A stretch of 64,000 nt of DNA, taken from IMG/VR virus record IMGVR_UViG_3300020156_000001, positions 330,321 to 394,320 of that record. The stretch is one strand, 5' to 3'. Numbering within the stretch: the stretch's first letter is position 1; every line of letters begins with the position of its first letter. Source of the DNA: a virus. Its lineage: Duplodnaviria > Heunggongvirae > Uroviricota > Caudoviricetes. The translations under genes and the position numbers were made by a program. Positions 59,548 through 64,000 of this stretch are shown here, one piece after another. Under the pieces are notes generated by a model. That model saw only the letters and a list, made by a program, of their open reading frames with translations. It was not told the DNA's origin and did no database searches.

Positions 59548-60041
59548 CGGACAGCCTCAAATCGCTTAGTGATGTGATTTGCCTGTTCACGAGTGCATGG
59601 ACCAATACCAAGTGCGGTAATGATTGGGTCACCGGTGAAGTGAGGAAGCATCACATGCTTTTCATCGACGATAAGCGAGCAGATCAAACCTGCTTCCTTG
59701 GCAGCGTCATACGCCTTGAGGATTGCAGCTTCGTTTTTTGCTTTGAGGATGATTTGCGTGCCGATAAAGTCGGGACCCTGATAAGTCTCGTAGAGATGGG
59801 GTTCGTACTTTTGGGCGATGGCAATGCAGTTCTTCGCAGCGTGGCAGGCTTGGCTTGCCATTTTACCGGGCGTCATTTCGAGATCGCCGCGGATGATGCT
59901 ATAAACGCGAAGCTTATTGCTGGCTTCTTCAAACGACTCTGCGTCGTTGAAGTAGGCGGGAGATGCCGCCGGGAGGGAGTATTCAACAAGACCGTTGAAG
60001 GCCTTTACGCGAAGCTTGGATTCAACCTAGTTGTAAGTCAT
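59544..60041 (-). CDS. pth2: Peptidyl-tRNA hydrolase type 2 with in-frame TAG at codon 5
   Basis: KLRVYSIIRGDLEMTPGKMASQACHA...IILKA...D...TALGIGP; AAGGAG RBS precedes ATG 60041; TAG at 60027-60029. Confidence 0.75.
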
Positions 60042-60107
60042 TTCGTTTTCTCCTTTGAACTGGTGTCCATCACCAGTAATCCACATATATAGCAGTTTTG
60101 GATATTG

Positions 60108-60476
60108 TCAACCGAACCGCAGCTTTAAAAGTGTAATCAAGCTCAACTGTTTTGCAAAGATAAACTTGTAACCAACGCTCCACACCCCATCTGGGTTGTA
60201 ACGGAGGTTACGATGGTTGAGTTCGGACTCATCAATGAAAGCCATAGGGTAATTGTCCGTGAGAAACGTTATAAGTTCGTTTTTCCGAGCCAAATACTCT
60301 GCGGTTTCATCATGCCCCCAGTTGAGAAGCGTACCCACTTCAACCATATAGGGGAAGATCAAGTGCAAAGCCGACAACGCTTCACCAGGCGTGTAAAGTT
60401 TACCCACGCTCATTTTGGGTGGGTTGTTAAGCGAAAAAATCGGCATAGACTTGTAGTCTTCTTCCATTAGCTCCAC
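60108..60476 (-). CDS. Hypothetical protein (FKL-motif family)
   Basis: Ends FIFAKQLSLITLLKLRFG. Confidence 0.55.
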   Translation of the reverse strand: MELMEEDYKSMPIFSLNNPPKMSVGKLYTPGEALSALHLIFPYMVEVGTLLNWGHDETAEYLARKNELITFLTDNYPMAFIDESELNHRNLRYNPDGVWSVGYKFIFAKQLSLITLLKLRFG

Positions 60477-60778
60477 CTTAGCCTAAACAGCATGGCATCC
60501 CTTGGATTCTCTATTACAACACCTACGCTGTAAGAGCAACCAGAATTCCAGCCAACATCCTTCCATCCACCGCGAGTGACATTATCGGTACACCACTCTC
60601 GGATTTCAGTAAGCTTCTTGTTGGTAAAGTTTGTGATCTTTAGCTGGTGCCAGCCTGGGAACTCATTGGCAATCCGCTCGGGGAAAGCCAGATCTTCCCA
60701 TTCATCATCTTGTAGATAGAACTCGTCTTCGTCGTCTTCGAGTTCGTCGTCTAGATTTATATTTGTGATATTGGTCAT
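60467..60778 (-). CDS. Hypothetical acidic protein (FKL-motif family; start MTNITN)
   Basis: AAGGAG RBS; ends ENPRDAMLFRLRWS. Confidence 0.6.
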   Translation of the reverse strand: MTNITNINLDDELEDDEDEFYLQDDEWEDLAFPERIANEFPGWHQLKITNFTNKKLTEIREWCTDNVTRGGWKDVGWNSGCSYSVGVVIENPRDAMLFRLRWS

Positions 60779-60905
60779 GTCGTTCTCCTTTGATACAATT
60801 GTGCGAGTAATCTCAAGCACAATGGCGGAGAACGAGACCGATGAAGCTACAAGTGGTGAAGTTTCTTATTCATGTTCATATTTATATACAAGTTTACCTG
60901 CTTTG

Positions 60906-61223
60906 TCAAATTACCTGTTTAGTAATCTCATAATCCTCAGGAATGTAAAGCTTGATCAGCATGAGGTCGGTGAGGTTTTTAAACAGGAATTGATTGCGAA
61001 TTTGCGCCCAACGACCCTCAGAGTTACGTTTCCAGTATAGACCGGTTGGCGAATATTCAGATCGTTCCAAGCGAATCATGGGCGGACCATATAGGTTGTA
61101 CAGGGTATTGGTAACCAACGCATAATCCGATGGATGCTTTTCCTTACCACGCATCCTAACTGTGTTACGTAAGCGAATACTATACGGAAGATTCTTACGC
61201 GCCCATGTTTCACTTTTACTCAT
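60906..61223 (-). CDS. Hypothetical protein (FKL-motif family)
   Basis: GAGG RBS, ATGA overlap; FLFKNLTDLMLIKLY. Confidence 0.55.
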   Translation of the reverse strand: MSKSETWARKNLPYSIRLRNTVRMRGKEKHPSDYALVTNTLYNLYGPPMIRLERSEYSPTGLYWKRNSEGRWAQIRNQFLFKNLTDLMLIKLYIPEDYEITKQVI

Positions 61224-61543
61224 TGGAACCTCAACTTAAAAAGTACGGCATCAGCATGATGCTTAAAATAGAAATTGCTGCTAATGTGAAACCAGCTGCC
61301 ATTGGTTGAATACGCAGGATTGTCCTGCACATCTTTGACTAAGATAAACCCAATCGAACGAAGCAATTGTATATGGTAACGAGCTGGGCCGGCAAACTCC
61401 AAAACCTCTAACGCTACCCTATTTGGAAACTTTCCTGCCACCAACTTTATACAGTGGGGATAATGGGGTTCAACTTCTTCACGAAACTCACGTATTGAGC
61501 GAATGTCATCAGTTGGATTAGACAACCAACAACCCCCGCTCAT
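61220..61543 (-). CDS. Hypothetical protein (FKL-motif family; start uncertain)
   Basis: Ends FYFKHHADAVLFKLRFQ. Confidence 0.5.
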   Translation of the reverse strand: MSGGCWLSNPTDDIRSIREFREEVEPHYPHCIKLVAGKFPNRVALEVLEFAGPARYHIQLLRSIGFILVKDVQDNPAYSTNGSWFHISSNFYFKHHADAVLFKLRFQ

Positions 61544-61937
61544 AAGCGTTTCCAAGGATTGTGTTGTATACGTAGGAGTTTGGTGTTTTGCGTTTGAACC
61601 ACTCATCATCATTGCCCGTATGCATCTTTTGTAGCGCAGCGATCACCGCTGGACTGCGGCTCATGCCCGCGCTGCAATGGGCAACAAATAGCTGGACTTC
61701 GCTACGGTAGCGCGTGTAGAAGTTGATTACACGGATCGCTTGCTCATCAGTAAAGAGATCCATATCCTTGGTCACGCCGTTAATATCGTGAAACTCCAAG
61801 AACAAAACGTCTCGCGTAAATGAATTGGTTGCTGGATCTTGTCGCAGGGATCGCTCATCGCTAATGGAGATAATCACATGCGGAACTTGTGGGTCAATTT
61901 TAAGAATGGATCCACGATCTTCAACCTGAAACTTCAT
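61518..61937 (-). CDS. Protein-tyrosine / dual-specificity phosphatase-like protein
   Basis: HCSAGMSRS (CX5R) active-site motif; FHD acid loop. Confidence 0.8.
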   Translation of the reverse strand: MKFQVEDRGSILKIDPQVPHVIISISDERSLRQDPATNSFTRDVLFLEFHDINGVTKDMDLFTDEQAIRVINFYTRYRSEVQLFVAHCSAGMSRSPAVIAALQKMHTGNDDEWFKRKTPNSYVYNTILGNAYERGLLVV

Positions 61938-62392
61938 TCAACTAGCTCCAACTCAGCGCCATTCATTTGTTCCACAGTAATAGAAAACACTCGCTTAGTA
62001 AATCTTTTATCACTACAGGAAACGATTTTGCACCAAATCTCACGGATCGTATTGTTGTGGCCGGTCTTCAACTGTCTAAGTTCAAACACGGTATCCTGTG
62101 GGAATGTGATTGTAACGGGTACCATTTCGCCATCATCGGCTTGAAACAATGGATTGGGTACCGTACGCTTCATAGTGCGTTCTTCGCGGATATAGTTGCC
62201 ATTGTCGTCGGTGAGAATTTTACCGCTTACAAAGTCGTATTTGTAATAGGAACCCAAGCTAACTTCTTTTGTACCAGTAAGCTTGAGTTCGCGGAACAAT
62301 ACGAGGTTCCGCTGGGTCCAATCGAGTTCAGGTTTCCACTCGCTTTGAACGCGGTAGGAATGCCCTACCTCGGGGATAAAAACAACAGCCAT
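61934..62392 (-). CDS. Hypothetical protein
   Basis: GAGG RBS; TTGACT promoter upstream. Confidence 0.6.
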   Translation of the reverse strand: MAVVFIPEVGHSYRVQSEWKPELDWTQRNLVLFRELKLTGTKEVSLGSYYKYDFVSGKILTDDNGNYIREERTMKRTVPNPLFQADDGEMVPVTITFPQDTVFELRQLKTGHNNTIREIWCKIVSCSDKRFTKRVFSITVEQMNGAELELVE

Positions 62393-62454
62393 AAGTTCCT
62401 CGAATTTTATTAGGATTTTATCTATCCTAACAATTCGGGAACTTGATAGTCAAT

Positions 62455-62488
62455 AAAAAGGGAGGCGTCCTATTTCATACGCCTCCCG
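62455..62488 (-). terminator. Intrinsic terminator
   Basis: GGGAGGCGT...ACGCCTCCC followed by TTTTT on the minus strand. Confidence 0.65.
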
Positions 62489-62508
62489 CTCGCACCTGGC
62501 TGTACGCC

Positions 62509-62940
62509 TTAGCTTCCAGCCGTGCGGTAAACTTGTGCCTTACTTTGGGAAATTTCGCGATCAAACATTAAGCGCGGATCCTTATAGATGACCTTACCCG
62601 GCCTAATCACGTGAAAGTAAACGCGCTCTTGCTCCCAAACAAACTGCTGGATGATAATGCCGGCTGACATCCACTTCGCAACAATCTCAGAAGTTTGCTG
62701 ATCCCAGTCACCGCACGTTTGCGCAAAGTCAACTGGCTTACCAGATTCATAGCCAGCAAATTTCAACACGTTGTCGGTAAAGAGGCAAACCTCAGGAGAT
62801 CCATCTGGCGCCTTTGTGTCGTGAGAAAAGCTCCAGCCGGCTTTCTCGAAAAACCGAGTGATCTCGGCGTTTAAAGCCATTGCGTCTTTGATGACAACAC
62901 CATCGGCTGTCACTGTACTCATAACTTCAGAGCTACTCAT
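62509..62940 (-). CDS. Hypothetical protein
   Basis: 143-aa ORF overlapping the upstream gene end. Confidence 0.55.
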   Translation of the reverse strand: MSSSEVMSTVTADGVVIKDAMALNAEITRFFEKAGWSFSHDTKAPDGSPEVCLFTDNVLKFAGYESGKPVDFAQTCGDWDQQTSEIVAKWMSAGIIIQQFVWEQERVYFHVIRPGKVIYKDPRLMFDREISQSKAQVYRTAGS

Positions 62941-63376
62941 TTGTAAATTCCGAAATATCTTGTTGATCGAGGATCGCGCTGACGATGTCTACTTCCACAG
63001 CGTTGTCTGGGCTGATGAAATAGTATTCAGTTTCGTGACCTTCAACTTCGTGTGAGAGGATCAAGTAACCAAAGCTAATCTGACTAGCAATAACTTGAGC
63101 CTCTTCAATGCTGAAGAGGTCGTACATGGAAGGGTGTTCTGATGGTTCATCAGCTTCATAACCAAGGAACTTGAACACGCCCTTTTTCAAGTTAAGCTCA
63201 GAAACAAAAGGAACTTCACGACCAGCAGAAGTTTTGATAGTGCGGGGATAGACAGTAAAGTCCCAGCCCTTTTCATCCGAATAATGGTCATAAAGGGCTT
63301 CGTTAAAGTCCGCTGCATCTGTCTTGTACTTGAGGTCCTTTGACGCCATTGTACGAACAACGCTTGAGATACCCAT
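62933..63376 (-). CDS. Hypothetical protein
   Basis: AGGAG RBS; 147 aa. Confidence 0.6.
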   Translation of the reverse strand: MGISSVVRTMASKDLKYKTDAADFNEALYDHYSDEKGWDFTVYPRTIKTSAGREVPFVSELNLKKGVFKFLGYEADEPSEHPSMYDLFSIEEAQVIASQISFGYLILSHEVEGHETEYYFISPDNAVEVDIVSAILDQQDISEFTNE

Positions 63377-63396
63377 TACAAACTCCTGTGGTTGGA

Positions 63397-63421
63397 AAAG
63401 CCGACCCTAAGGCCGGCTTTT
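63397..63421 (-). terminator. Hairpin / terminator
   Basis: AAAAGCCGACC-CTAA-GGCCGGCTTTT. Confidence 0.55.
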
Positions 63422-63425
63422 AGGA

Positions 63426-64000
63426 TTAACCAAGTTCTGGGAACTTGCGGAAAACGTAACGCTGGATTGCGCGATACCAGCCGCCGAAGAGGCCCAGGAT
63501 TGCATCTACCAGCACCGAGAGGAAGTCGCCGAGGATAAAGCCAACAACCTTGAACGGCCAGAAGAGGATCTGACCAGCCATTACCGATCGGTCCATACTC
63601 AAGTTGTTCGATGGAAGGAAGTTGCCCTGCTGTTGCATGAACTCGCGGAAGTCCGCATAGTCCTCAGGTCGAAGAGGTCCAGAAATGCCACGTGCTGTAA
63701 AATACTTGGGCAATAGCTTTGCACGATGACTTTCGTACTCAGCGGCCTTTTTGCGCAAGTGGATAAACCATGCAAAAGTTGACCAAACCACGCCGATCAT
63801 CAGGTAAATCGAAAAGTACATGATCGCCGTTGGCCAATTTTCCCAAGTCCACGACAGCGGACTGTATTGGGTCAAGCTTGTAAAGACAAGCGCGGCGAGG
63901 ATGAAGAGAACAGCCGTTCCGTTGTTGCGACCGGTTGCGCCTGCGATCAGCGCGATCACCAGCATAAATGCTGCTGTTACGCCAACCCAGAAACCGGACA
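63426..64000 (-). CDS. Membrane protein, start probably beyond the window edge
   Basis: Several hydrophobic segments; frame stays open to the right edge. Confidence 0.6.
   Translation of the reverse strand, partial: SGFWVGVTAAFMLVIALIAGATGRNNGTAVLFILAALVFTSLTQYSPLSWTWENWPTAIMYFSIYLMIGVVWSTFAWFIHLRKKAAEYESHRAKLLPKYFTARGISGPLRPEDYADFREFMQQQGNFLPSNNLSMDRSVMAGQILFWPFKVVGFILGDFLSVLVDAILGLFGGWYRAIQRYVFRKFPELG

Overview
This window is a 64 kb segment of a large T4-related (jumbo-type) myophage genome. Long, mostly plus-strand late operons encode the baseplate and tail: a tape-measure-like protein running off the left edge on the minus strand, gp26/gp51/gp48-54/gp53/gp27/gp5/gp25/gp6-like proteins, a 4509-aa virion protein, and fibre and collagen proteins. 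These operons are preceded by TAAATA late-promoter motifs. Minus-strand genes with sigma70-type promoters include gp46/gp47, a gp55-like late sigma factor, a glycosyltransferase, RNase H, an exonuclease, an HNH nuclease, Pnkp, Pth2 and a PTP-like phosphatase. The standout is an 8.4-kb coupled operon (42169-50587) directly after a tail-fibre gene. It encodes four radical SAM enzymes, a JmjC/cupin oxygenase, several unknown proteins, and a 318-aa protein ending in CHTS-CHAS-CHGS-RGRR, which looks like a phage RiPP-type system that modifies a protein tail. Other oddities are: a Pth2 gene with an in-frame amber codon at position 5; two small genes carrying major-capsid (gp23) fragments, one matching the Gol region; a gp5 carrying degenerate lysozyme-like and trypsin-like domains, followed by an inhibitor-like peptide; and a roughly 900-nt hairpin-dense non-coding region with its own promoter. 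All assignments come from reading motifs by eye; no database searches were run.
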